From NCBI GenBank assembly GCA_040954595.2, contig CM082582.2, positions 2,340,303-2,404,302 of the forward strand: a stretch of DNA of 64,000 nt, written 5' to 3'. The notes beneath the pieces were generated by a model. It ran no database searches and had not been told where the DNA came from. It saw nothing but the letters and a program-made list of their open reading frames with translations. Source of the DNA: Balanoglossus misakiensis (taxonomy: Eukaryota > Animalia > Hemichordata). The position numbers were made by a program, and so were the translations under genes. This document shows, one piece after another, positions 13,410 through 25,254 of the stretch (within the stretch, counting starts at the first letter, position 1; every line of letters starts with the position of its first letter).

Positions 13410-15625
13410 GAAATTTCCGACTTTTCGAGTACACATCGTGATGGCGAAGGGTTCAGGAAGGCTAACCTTTTACCTGAAGGTGTCAACTGATGTTGGTTCG
13501 AGACCATTTTTTTTTCTATTTTTTTTTTTGAGAACTTTAAACGACATTACCATTGTAATTTTTAACATTTTCATAAATCCAATTCATTTCAATATCTACG
13601 CTGCGTGTTTTATCTGTCGGGTATAAGAAACATGCAGGGAAACTTGGTCATTTTTTGTCGCGGTTCACTTGGGCATGTCTGAATACGGAGTGCTCAGCAG
13701 AGAGAAAGATAAACTAGCTAAAACCGTGTCTTTCCGTCCGCATGACCAACCAAGGAGCGAAAACGTCGTTATTTAGGCCGTAATAAAACGTTTTTGTCCC
13801 CGAGGAGTGAATAAAGAACGGTCAGACCGTTGCGGGGTAGGGAACTCTTCTTCGCACCGCTGCGGTGCAGGGAACTCGTATTGCCCGCTGCAGTGCAAAT
13901 AAGATCATTGGAGTTATGCTGCAATATAGTGCGGAAAAATTCCGACTTTTTCGAGTACACATCGTGATGGCGAAGGGTTGAGGAAGGCTAGCCTTTTTAC
14001 CTGAACGAGTCAACTGATGTTGGTTCGAGACCACTTTTTTTTTCTATTTTTTGTTGAGAGAACTTTTAACGACATTGCAGTTGTAATTTTTATCATTTTC
14101 ATAAATCCAATTCATTTCAATATCTACGCTGCGCTGCAATATCTGTCGGGTATAAGAAACAAGCAGGGAAACTTGGTCATTTTTTGTTGCGGTTCACTTG
14201 GGCAAGTCTGAATACGGAGTACTCAGTAGAGAGAAAAATAAACTCGCTAAAACCGTGTCTTTCCGTCCGCATGACCAACCAAGGAGCGAAAAAGTCGTTA
14301 TTTAGGCCGTAATAAAACGTTTTTGTCCCCGAGGAGTGAATAAAGAACGGTCAGATCGTTGCGGGGTAGGGAACTCTTCTTCGCACCGCTGCGGTGCAGG
14401 TAACTCGTATTTGCACCGCTGCGGTGCAAATAAGATCATTGGAGTTATGCTGCAATATAGTGCGGAAAATTTCCGACTTTTTCGAGTACACATCGTGATG
14501 TTGAATAGTTCAGGAAGGCTAGCCTTTTACCTGAAGGTGTCAACTGATGTTGGTTCGAGACCACATTTTTTTCTATTTCTTTTTTTGTGTGAAAATTTTT
14601 AACGACATTATCAGTGTAATTTACGTCATTTTCATAAAGCCAATTCATTGCAATATCAACGCTGCGTTTTTTATCTGTCGGGTATAAGAAACATGCAGGG
14701 AAACATGGTCATATTTTTGTCGTGGTTCACTTGGGCAAGTCTGAATACGGAGTGTTCTGGAGAGAGAAAGATAAACTCGCTAAAACCCTTTTTTTCCGTC
14801 CGCATGACCAACCAAGGAGCGAAAAAGTCGTTATTTAGGCCGTAATAAAACGTTTTTTCGCCGAGGAGTGAATAAAGAACGGTCAGATCGTTGCGGTGCA
14901 GAGAACTCTTATTTGCACCGCTGCGGTGCAAATAAGATCATTGGAGTTATGCTGCAATATAGTGCGGAAAATTTCCGACTTTTTCGAGTACACATCGTGA
15001 TGGCGAATGGTTCAGGAAGGCTAGCCTTTTACCTGAAGGTGTCAACTGATGTCCGTTCGTGACCACTTTTTTTTCTATTTTTTTTTTGTGAGAACTTTTA
15101 ACGACATTACCATTGTAATTTTTATCATTTTCATAAATCCAATTCATTTCAATATCTACGCTGCGTTTTTTATCTGTCGGGTACAAGAAACATGCAGGGA
15201 AACTTGGTCATTTTTTGTCGTGGTTCACTTGGGCAAGTCTGAATACGGAGTGCTCAGCAGAGAGAAAAATAAACTCGCTAAAACCGTGTCTTTCCGTCCG
15301 CATGACCAACCAAGGAGCGAAAAAGTCGTTATTTAGGCCGTAATAAAACATTTTTGTCGCCGAGGAGTGAATAAAGAACGGTCAGATCGTTGCGGGGTAG
15401 GAAACTCTTATTCGCACCGCTGCGGTGCAGGGAACTCGTATATGCATCGCTGCGGTGCAAATAAGATCATTGGAGTAATGCTGCAATATAGTGCGGAAAA
15501 TTTCCGACTTTTTCGAGTACACATCGTGATGGCGAATGGTTTCAGGAAGGCTAGCCTTTTTACCTGAAGGTGTCAACTGATCTTGGTTCGAGACCACTTT
15601 TTTTCTATTTTTTGTGTGTGAGAAC
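13410..15625. repeat. ~525-bp tandem repeat, ~4.2 copies, with internal 27-bp subrepeats
   Basis: CCGACTTTT(T)CGAGTACACATCGTGATG recurs at ~13417, 13942, 14472, 14975 and 15503. Internal GCACCGCTGCGGTGC palindromes. Confidence 0.95.
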
Positions 15626-16651
15626 AACACACCCTACTCATGCTAAGTTGTTACCAATTCCAGTTTCAGGACCCTGGGACCGACTGGGTATGGATATTGT
15701 GGGACCCCTCCCTAGAACTTATGATGGTCATAAATACATCTTAGTACTTACTCATTACTTTACTTCTTAGTACTTACTCATTACTTTACAAAGTTTTCAT
15801 TAGCATATCCATTACGTAATGCACGAGCTGAGACAGTTGCTAAGATCTTGTTTGATGAAGTAATTGCTACTTATGGAAGCCCCAGAGTTTTGCTGAGTAA
15901 TGAGGGATCGATTTTTTTATCCCAGGTAGTTCACGAAACCTGCAAATATTTCAACATTCTGAGTAAAGTTTCTACCCCTTATCGTCCACAGACCAATGGC
16001 CTTACAGAACGTTTCAATGGTTGCCTAGTCGACATGCTGTCCATGTTTGTCGATAATAAACAGAAAGATTGGTATCGGTACCTAAGTTCAGTGCTTTTCG
16101 CGTATAGAGTTAGTCCTCAAGAGTCCAGTGGGTTCAGCCCGTATTATGTGTTATAAGGTCGGCATCCCACATTGCCCATGGATGTTGAATTCCAGCTAGT
16201 TGAGGGGAGGACAAGAAATATAGATACACACCTTAAACATTTAGCTGCTAAGAGGGAGATAGCTCATAAAATCGCCAAAGAGAATACAGATCGATATCAA
16301 CAGAATATGAAGGACCGTTATGATAAAAATATCCAACGGTCGCAAAATCTTAAAGTGGGGGATCCTGTATATTTATACACACCTCCTGTTAAACCAGCAG
16401 TTAATAAGAAATTCGTACATAAGTGCAGTTGTTTTCAGCGTACTATGCAACACGTGTTACGCAATATTATGTGGCAATATGTGCTTTGTTATATTGATGA
16501 TATTATTATATTAAGCAGCTCTTTTGAGGAGCATCTACAACACATTGATACCGTCCAAACCAGGTTACGTCAAGCTGGATTGAAATTAAAACCCAGCAAA
16601 TGTCAATTTATGAGAAAGAGTGTTAAATTTTGGGGTCATGTTATCAGTAAG
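15626..16651 (+). mobile_element. Gypsy/Ty3 pol fragment: integrase core fused to the C-terminal half of RT
   Basis: PWDRLGMDIVGPLP, STPYRPQTNGLTERFN (integrase), then FQRTMQHVL..CYIDDIII..LKPSKCQF..GHVIS (RT). The integrase part is a near-copy of ~20275-21040. Confidence 0.9.
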
Positions 16652-18553
16652 CAGTAGGACAAACCTCCAAATTTAGCGACTTGCGTATGCGCAACTAATT
16701 AGCTACTTAGTGTTTAGCTCCAACGCGCATGTGCGATATGACGTGATTGCCGGAAGCTGAACAAAGGTCACGTCATCTGACCCAGGTTATGTTATGGAAC
16801 ATCACATGGCGGTCGACGGTCTATCTTCTGTTGCGTGGATAATCGACCCAGTCTTTAATCCCGGGCAGGATAATGGAGCAACCATCAACGGTAATACATT
16901 TTCATGATAATTTGAATTGGTCGTAGTGTGTTTAGAACATGCATTGATTGTGTTTTTTGTATTATCTGGAAGAAATGGAGTGCCATCGAAATGAAATAAC
17001 AGTGTGTACATACACTGTGTTCGCGGAACTTTGACATGCGAACACCATACCGTCACTAGGAGCAACTTTTCACACGTTTCTAAGTCCGGTTGAATAGCAT
17101 TACACACAGTTTTCGCCATAGTTATAGCCTGAAATACCTGGGTGTACGTTGATAAACAAAGCATGTGATCAGATAATTACCATGACCATGTCAGCATCGT
17201 CCAGTGAGCAAAGTTGTTTGTCCGCATCATCATATACTAGTATTTGAACATAATAACCTTGTTGACGCTGTTCACATATTTATATTTACACCTTATTATT
17301 TACTGCATGTGTGTCAAGCGCATTAACAACGTCTTTACACTTTTCACCTTCAGTCAAATGAAAAGACACCAGACAGGAATAGTGAAGTGGGGAATAAGAA
17401 GACTTACGGCAAGAAGAAGTTAAAGATAGAATATTTAGTGAACAGCGACGCCGTCTAAATTATGCTAGCAAACACATTTACATGAGTAGAATCAATGATG
17501 GGGGAAGGGGGCTGATCAAAAATGAATCAAGAGACCATATTTTTTATTAAAAGTTGAAATATTTATTCATGTTTATACACACTTATTTGTTTGTTTGTTG
17601 CCAGGTTTTAAGAAATAAAGATTTAAATATATTCATTTCTGTACATCATGTGTTTGTGTAATTTATTGAGAACAATGGAATTCAGAAAGGGCTTCATAGT
17701 CTCTGTGTAATGTAAATAGCAACTGAACCACACATTACTAACATGAAATGAAACTAGAAATGCAGTTGACAGAAGGCTACCATCATAGTACTGTTTTAAA
17801 TCATAACATCTCACTTGAGGAGGTAACCAAAGTTGTTAATCACTCCAAACTTAGGAAAACTGTAGGAAGTGATAAATTACCATATCAGGTTTTCAAAAAT
17901 CACGTTGATAACTTGGCCACTAGGACCACGTGTAGTTGGACCTGTTGGGGAAGAAAGAGGCACGGTTCAGAAAGCAACGTCACCTACCCGATCCTTTCAA
18001 AACATTGGAAAACAAGTTCAATTGAAATAGGTACATGCATGTACCTATACCCGTACACGTGAAAACGCGCTTTGACAAATCTAGCACACCGGAAGTGAGC
18101 AAACCATTCGCAAAAACCGTCCTCCATTGTCCCCCATTAGATAATCTGCTGTTTGAAGACATTGTTTCATTCAACATGACTTAAACTAGGTATAGAAGGT
18201 TCAGATCGATGGTTTTTAAACTGGTACGTTCTATTGCTTGTTATGTCGATTCGAATCATGGCGGGCAAATGGTCACACGGACATCGATTTTCATGAAATT
18301 CGACTGAATTTTTTTACTTACCCTGTTTACACGACACCATGCTGGAAGGGAGGGTGTGACGTACAAGTTCAAACCGAAATTACCCGAAAGTCGATGTACA
18401 TAACATCAAAAGCAGGCCGATAACATCCAAGAGCGAACTTCGACAAATACTTCCGCATTTCCATGCCAGGGACGTCAGTATATGCAAATACAGGGTGTGA
18501 GCATGCGCAGACATATTGTAGGCAGTCGCTAAATTTGGAGGTTTGTCCTACTG
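16652..18553. mobile_element. Non-autonomous DNA transposon with 30-bp perfect TIRs and 5-bp TSD (GTAAG)
   Basis: TIR CAGTAGGACAAACCTCCAAATTTAGCGACT at 16652, reverse complement ending at 18553. GTAAG at 16647-16651 and 18554-18558. Removing the element restores Gypsy GHVISKDGIAADKSKV. Confidence 0.9.
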
Positions 18554-18810
18554 GTAAGGATGGAATTGCGGCTGACAAGAGTAAAGTAACAGTTGTTAAA
18601 GAATATCCCCGTCCTCATACTGTCACACAGTTGAAATAATTTTTGGGTTGGCCCAATTATTTTCGAAAGTTTATAAAGAATTTCTCGATCATTGCTAGGC
18701 CTATACATAAATTGTTGGGAAAGGACACGAAATTTGAATGAGATGATAGATGCGAACATGCATTCGAGAAATTAAAACATGTTCTGTGTCAAGCACCAAT
18801 TCTAGGGTAT
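18554..18810 (+). mobile_element. Gypsy RT-connection/RNase H start (continues 15626-16651)
   Basis: KDGIAADKSKVTVVKEYPRPHTVTQLK*FLG..NYFRKFIKNFSIIARP..CEHAFEKLKHVLCQAPILGY. Confidence 0.85.
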
Positions 18811-19885
18811 CATTTTCATAATTTGTGGTTTCTGGGACACCGTTTTCTTCACACGACTCATCAGATGAGGATGAGTCAAAGTCGGAGTGGTGCAAATAAG
18901 CTCTTTTTAGTCTATTCACATGTATGACTTTGCGATAATTCCTGGTGCTATATATGAAACGTAACTTGTAATTAACAGGACCCACCTTCACAGAAATAAT
19001 GTAAGGACCTGTCCATGGGACTATTTCGCAACCCCTGGGCAAGTCTCCTGTATTGATATAAACCTTGATGTGTGACAAAGGCTGTTTTTGGTGTACTCTC
19101 TTCATCTAATTCCAATTGAAAAAATCCTGACTGTAAGTCTAGCGTCGAAAAATACTGAGGCTTATTCTTGCCTAACATTTCAAGATATTCGTCCGTTCTG
19201 GGTAAGGGAAACGAATCAGGCACTGTAATATTTTTTAAATGACGGAAATCTGTGCAAAAACGCCACGAACCATCAGGCTTTTTGACTAAAATTATTGGAC
19301 TAGCAATCGGTGAAGTAGACGACTCGATAATATTTAGTTCTAACAGCTGATCAACTTGTCGCTCAAGTTCACGTCTTTTCTCAAGCGTTACTCGGTAAGG
19401 TCGACGGAACGGGGCAGCGCCCTCTTGTAATCGTATTCTATGTTTGATTACATCACAGTTACCTAAACGACCACTAGACTCAACAAAAGCTTCTATATTG
19501 TGCAGTAAAACATCTCTAAGCTGTTTACGCTGAGCCTTAGTTATCTCTAATTCATTAAGCTTCAATTGACCCATCAAATAATCCGTGTAATTCTGTGTAT
19601 GGGGCCCTTCAGGTGAGACACAATTAATGGCATTATTATCGAGTGGGATTATTCGACTATTACAGGGCAAGGGCGAAAACTTTCCAACAACACTGTTTTT
19701 CTTAATTTTGACCACTGTATCCAAAGTGTTTACAACTCGCATGGGAAGAAAATTCTTATTCGAATAGGCCAACACCTTAGCTGCCAAAATAGCCGGCGTT
19801 AATCGTGTTCGTTTATCAGAAATAAAATCTAAAACTCCAGTAAAATATTTATACGGCACTTTCACTGGAATAACCATTTCACTTC
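18811..19885 (-). mobile_element. Inverted Gypsy pol fragment: pre-RT linker and N-terminal RT fused to the integrase C-terminus
   Basis: ORF 18972-19877: HRIRL..RRPYRV..SPIILVKKPDGSWRFCTDFR..FSTLDLQSGFFQ..QGLRNSP. Then WTGPYII..VNYKL..IHVNRLK (GPY/F module). Confidence 0.9.
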
Positions 19886-19888
19886 CAG

Positions 19889-20050
19889 GTGATCCATGGA
19901 GACACGTACCTGATCCACGTTCATTTATTATCCATAATTATTATAGTACATCAAATACGCCCAGTAAAGTACATGAGGAAGGGAACGAACTCAGTAGCCT
20001 GAGGTACTCCCATCTCCCGTTAGATTATTCTCTTCCATCTTTGGAAACAA
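19889..20050 (-). mobile_element. Diverged inverted fragment of the Gypsy LTR
   Basis: Reverse complement matches ~22400-22560 (AATAATCTAACGGGAGATG..TACCTCAGGCTACTGAG..AATAAATGAACGTG.ATCAG.TACGTGTCTCC.TGGATC). Confidence 0.8.
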
Positions 20051-20084
20051 GGGGAAATCAGCTGGTTAATTAGATTGTGTTAGA

Positions 20085-22595
20085 CAGGTTGTGATAACTA
20101 AGTCCTCAAGAAATTATGTGCTGCGGTGGGCTCATGATTGTGTTTTAGCGGGACATTTAGGATACACTAAAACGTTGGGAGTTTTAAGACAGAGGTATTT
20201 TTGGGAAAGGATGCCCCGGGATGTTGACATGTACGTAAAGACATGCGCACATTGTCACACACGAAAGAGAGCCACACCCCCTACTCATGCTAAGTTGTTA
20301 CCTATTCCAGTATCAGGACCCTGGGACCGACTGGGTATGGATATTGTGGGACCCCTCCCTAGAACTTATGATGGCCATAAATACATCTTAGTACTTTTTC
20401 ATTACTTTACTAAGTTTCCAGTAGCATATCCATTACGTAATGCACGAGCTGACAGTTGCTAAGATCTTGTTTGATGAAGTAATTGCTACTTATGGAAGCC
20501 CCAGAGTTTTGCTGAGTAATGAGGGATCGAATTTTTTTATCCCAGGTAGTTCACGAAACTTGCAAATATTTCAACATCCAGAGTAAAGTTTCTACCCCTT
20601 ATCGTCCACAGACCAATGGCCTTACAGAACGTTTCAATGGTTGCCTAGTCGACATGCTGTCCATGTTTGTTGATAGTAAACAGAAAGATTGGGATCGGTA
20701 CCTAAGTTCAGTGCTTTTCGCGTATAGAGTTAGTCCTCAAGAGTCCAGTGGGTTCAGCCCGTATTATGTGTTATAAGGTCGGCATCCCACATTGCCCATG
20801 GATGTTGAATTCCAGCCAGTTGAGGGGAGGACAAGAAATATAGATACACACCTTAAACATTTAGCTGCTAAGAGGGAGATAGCTCATAAAATCGCCAAAG
20901 AGAATATAGGTCGACAGAATATGAAGGACCGTTATGATCAAAATATCCAACGGTCACAAAATCTTAAAGTGGGGGATCCTGTATATTTATACACACCTGA
21001 TGTTAAACCAGGAGTTAATAAGAAATTCGTACATAAGTGGACAGGTCCTAACATTATTTCTGAGAAGGCGGGTCCTGTTAATTACAAGTTACGTTTCATC
21101 AATAGCACCAGGAATTATCGTAAAGGCATACATGTGAATAGGCTAAAAAGAGCTTATTTGCGCCCCTCAGAGTTTGACTCATCCTCACCAGATACCAAAA
21201 ATTATGAAAATGGGACCGAAATATGTCAAAGTCCTAAAGCAGACATAAATGAATCAGAGAATGGTTCTGATCAAATTGAGGGATTGGAATTGAGAGATTT
21301 GTCGTCAAGGACAAATCCCAGTGCTATCGATGAAACTAATAACAATTGAAATTGTCAGAACAAAGCTTCTGAGCCATTTACGAAATAGAAAATGTGTTGA
21401 AGGGTCGACATAGAAATGGGAAATTACAGTATTTGGTTAAGTGGAAGAATAATTCAACCAAACATAATACGTGGGAGGATGAAGACAATTTGAATGAAAT
21501 TGCAAAAGAGTATTTGATGAGAAATCCTGTAAAGATAAAGGGGAAACGGGTTATAGCACACTTGCACATTTAAATCTATGGACAGAGAAATATGCGCGTA
21601 ACAAAAAAAACACGGAAAATGGAGACACGTGGTTGACTGAAATGAGAGTTTGAACACGACTGAGAGGTATGAGTGTTGGCCAGTCTGTATGAGTGAGAAT
21701 ACGATTGGCGTGTCCCTTGATTCGTTTAAATGTTACGCAAGTTGTCAAATGACATTTTTTATCCGTTGTTTGCTGAGTTTAGTTGTATGTGCTATGCAAC
21801 CTGGTTCCCGTGTCACTCTGTTTAAATGTGTTGATGTATTTAAGTTATAAAGAAATTACCAGTGAAGTTTGAAGTTGCAGAGATTTTAACACTGGAGAAA
21901 AATGTTTGAGTTGAATTTTTCGTTCGTTTGATGACCTAAATAGTTGGCCCAGTTTGTGTAAATAGTCCCTTGTAATGGCTATGTGTTTGTATAAAGAAAC
22001 CACAGAGATAACCGATTTAGCAAGTTGTATTTTATTGCATTATCTTCTTAATTAAGAAACTTGTGTCCAATGCGGGACGCATTGCTTTAAAACAAGGGGA
22101 GTGTTATGATCTGTACAAAGGTCAAATATGATTTTAAGGGTCAATTATACTTAAAGCTCGGGAATGTCAATGTTTGATAGTATTTTTATTTTATGTATTT
22201 GAAGTAGATAGGGGGAGCTGGTGTTTAATTGACTGCTCTGAGTGTCAATCATCATCGAACTGACTTTATTATATAACGCTCTATGTAATTTGGTACGTAT
22301 ATAGTTGAATTGATGCCTAATGAAATTGTAACACATTGTATTTGTGATATTTGACATGATTAACCACGCCTTGAGAAAAGTAATTATAAGAGAACTTTGT
22401 TTGCAAAGTTGGGGGAGGAGAATAATCTAACGGGAGATGTATGTACCTCAGGCTACTGAGCTCGTTTCCTTCCTCACATACTTAACTGGACATATTTGAT
22501 GTACTGGAGTAATTCTCGACAATAAATGAACGTGAATCAGATACGTGTCTCCGTGGATCACTGTTCTCGTCACAGGCCGTTACCTCATCGCTACA
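20085..22595 (+). mobile_element. 3' half of a chromodomain-containing Gypsy LTR retrotransposon (integrase, chromodomain, PPT, 3' LTR), degenerate
   Basis: HHCC finger (AHD..GHLG..CAHC), integrase core and GPY/F module. Chromodomain YEIENVLKGRHRNGKLQYLVKWKN..NTWEDEDNL at ~21376-21500. PPT AAAACAAGGGGAG then TG at 22102. LTR contains AATAAA and ends at CA near 22574 or 22595. Confidence 0.88.
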
Positions 22596-22599
22596 ATGT

Positions 22600-23600
22600 C
22601 CCTGATGTATGAACTACAATAATATTCCAGCGGTAGTACGACTCTGAAAAGTATGCACTACTGATCTTACTTGACCTCTCCGCCGCATTCGATTCCATTG
22701 ATCACGGGATACTTATTCGTAGACTATCGAACCTTGGCATTACAGACACAGTATTAACATGGTTTAACATCTTACATTCAAAATAGATACCAAACTGTAA
22801 TCATCGAAAACACTGCAAGTTCACATTCACCTATCGTATTGGGCCTACGCGGCTCTGTCCTTGGCCCTCTGTTCTTCGCCATTTATATAGCCCCACTTTG
22901 TAAACTGAATCGTCACCACAACCACAATTTCATCAGTACGCCGATGATAAACTACTATACCTTGCTTTTTCTCCGCAAGATCCACCCTCTATCGTCCAAT
23001 CTCTGGAGATCTGCATCGAAGGCATGGATGACACTGAATAAACTACAGCTAAACAAAACCGAAGTCGTTGATATTCGCTCATCTTCTTGATCCTATTCCA
23101 TCCTCCAACATGGGCTCTGCATCCATCTCTCTGGTAACAGCAACGTGTAATCTGGGAGCTGTCTTTGATAGTATCCATATTTATAACCAGCCCATCAAGA
23201 ATACATGTATGTCCACGTTTTTTTTTATCGTCGACACATCGGATCAATACGAAAGTACCTATCTTCTAAGGATTGAATTCGTGTAGTTCTTTCCACCAAA
23301 CTTGAATACTTCAATTCGTTACTGTTTGGTCTTCCTCAATCTGCAGTAAATCTACTTCAGTGATTACAAAACACAGCAGCAAATATCATCACCCGGTCGA
23401 AGAAGTTTGAACACATCACTCTTGCCCTCATCACTCTGGATTGGCTACCAGTTTGTGCCAGGATTGATTACAAGATATTGCTTCTTAAATACAATGCCAT
23501 TCATGGCCTTACCCTGGAGTACATCAATGCCATTCATGGCCTTACCCTGGAGTACATTTCTAACATGGTTAATCGATTTACCCCTTCACACAACTTATAG
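22600..23600 (+). mobile_element. Degenerate L2/CR1-group LINE RT fragment
   Basis: [53 protein letters not shown], and HIT..LDWLPVCARIDYKI, across frameshifts. Confidence 0.85.
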
Positions 23601-23975
23601 TGTCTGTGTTATGCCCTTACACACAACACGCATAATCACTCTTTTGTGGTGCAGTTGAAGTTTGTTGCCGTCTAGAATCTCATATGAGGTAATATGCTTT
23701 AATATTTTCAAGCAAAAGTGCAGGGTGGCCGTGTAATCCAAATCCAGCCCAGTCGACTTTTTTTCGCCTTTCCGAACTTCAAGTTAGAATCGCTCGGTGA
23801 TTATTTCCCGCCAAATATGCTAATTTTCACCTGAGAGGTCTTATATCCGCAACCAAATACCCTCGCTAGCCGTTTATAACCTCTAAACGATGCCCAAACC
23901 ATACCATACCATATTACCGTGTTTCATGTATAGTCAACTTTCCAGAAGATTGTTTTGACAGCGGAAGATAATTAG

Positions 23976-24089
23976 GGGTTATTACACTAAATTTGGTCGA
24001 TAACGCGTCGTATTCGAGTGATGTCCGTTGCTTTGCACGATATACGGACATCACTCGCGTTATCGACCAAAATTCGTGTAATAACCCCT
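23976..24089. repeat. Short inverted-repeat element (MITE-like)
   Basis: AGGGGTTATTACAC..TTTGGTCGATAACGCG..GAGTGATGTCCGT mirrored by ACGGACATCACTCGCGTTATCGACCAAA..GTGTAATAACCCCT. Confidence 0.7.
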
Positions 24090-25033
24090 TTATCATACAT
24101 GCCTACCTATAAAACAATACAATTTGCGAAAATGCGTCGAGAAAAACAATTTCACGGCCAGCAATTTGAACCGGGCGCCCTTGGATCACGGAAGGCACCC
24201 ATAGCCAAGTGAGACAGGGCGATGCGATCAGGTGATCAACGTGTAGGCCGTAGTATTATTCTCAGGGGGCTGGCAGCTTTCATTACGATGGGCACATCTG
24301 CATTCTAAATACAATTGCCTACGTTCTCTTTCAAAATATCATGTTAACGATTATTTCGCATTGAGAATTCCGAAGAAGTAAATGTGATACATTCAACATG
24401 ACAAAAAACTCCAGCTTTGAAAACTTTATTACAGCTTCTAATAACCCAATTTTACAACATCCCTCTCCACTAAAGTCCTATGCCCCGTACGTCGCTCGCG
24501 CGCGCAGCGAACTATCACGCCGATCACCTAGTCAACGCTGTGTGATGATTTCAGCGCATTCTCCTAAATAGTTCAAGACGGGGTATATCACTGAGTGAAA
24601 TACCTACCGTATAATACAGTCGCATCGATGACCCATATTAGGAGTTGCTTATTAGCATAAAAATTACGCCGTCAAACCTCAAGTGACATTTGGCTTATGC
24701 TCTTGGACAAAGTTTCATGTACTTCGTCATGATGAGTCAGGAGTTTTTAAACCGTTATTTTCGATCAAGGTAGGGAATAATTGGTATTTGTGTATGGATT
24801 AATTATTGATCTAGAAGCATCGGGGGAATAGGCCAGATAACCTGACAGTAAAACGGTGAAATCAAATGAAAATTCTGCAACTTGAACCGCCGGTGATGTT
24901 TACGTCGAAGCGCTTTATATTGTGGTAGGTTTACAAATTATATCCCGGACATCTGTCATATACACATGGTGTTATTTATGTTATACAGTTTCTTCAGTCA
25001 CCGAGTATAGTTAATTTGTCTTAACTCATATTT

Positions 25034-25254
25034 CAGTGTTTCATTTAGGATGGCATCAACAGGGGGGATACGTCCCCCATTGCCAGAATATTTAGGGGGG
25101 TTTCCACTCTCCAAGGCAGACTGTAATATCTCCAACATGTACACAGCATCATTTTAAGGGGCATTGCCCCCCCCCCCCCCCCATGACAAGTTCCTAAGGG
25201 GTGCTATCATGTCAACAAGGGGGTGAATCCCCCCTCCCCCTAGATGAAACACTG
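25034..25254. mobile_element. Small MITE with CAGTGTTTCAT.TAGG termini (hAT-like ends)
   Basis: CAGTGTTTCATTTAGG ... CCTAGATGAAACACTG. No clean 8-bp TSD. Confidence 0.5.

Noticed and set aside
13408-15630. Repeated short ORFs in the 525-bp array
   Set aside because: Frames are not conserved between units, and homopolymer indels break them.
16652-18553. ProtoRAG/Transib identity based on the 5-bp TSD
   Set aside because: Termini are CAG, not the CAC heptamer, and there is no RAG1/Transib coding remnant.
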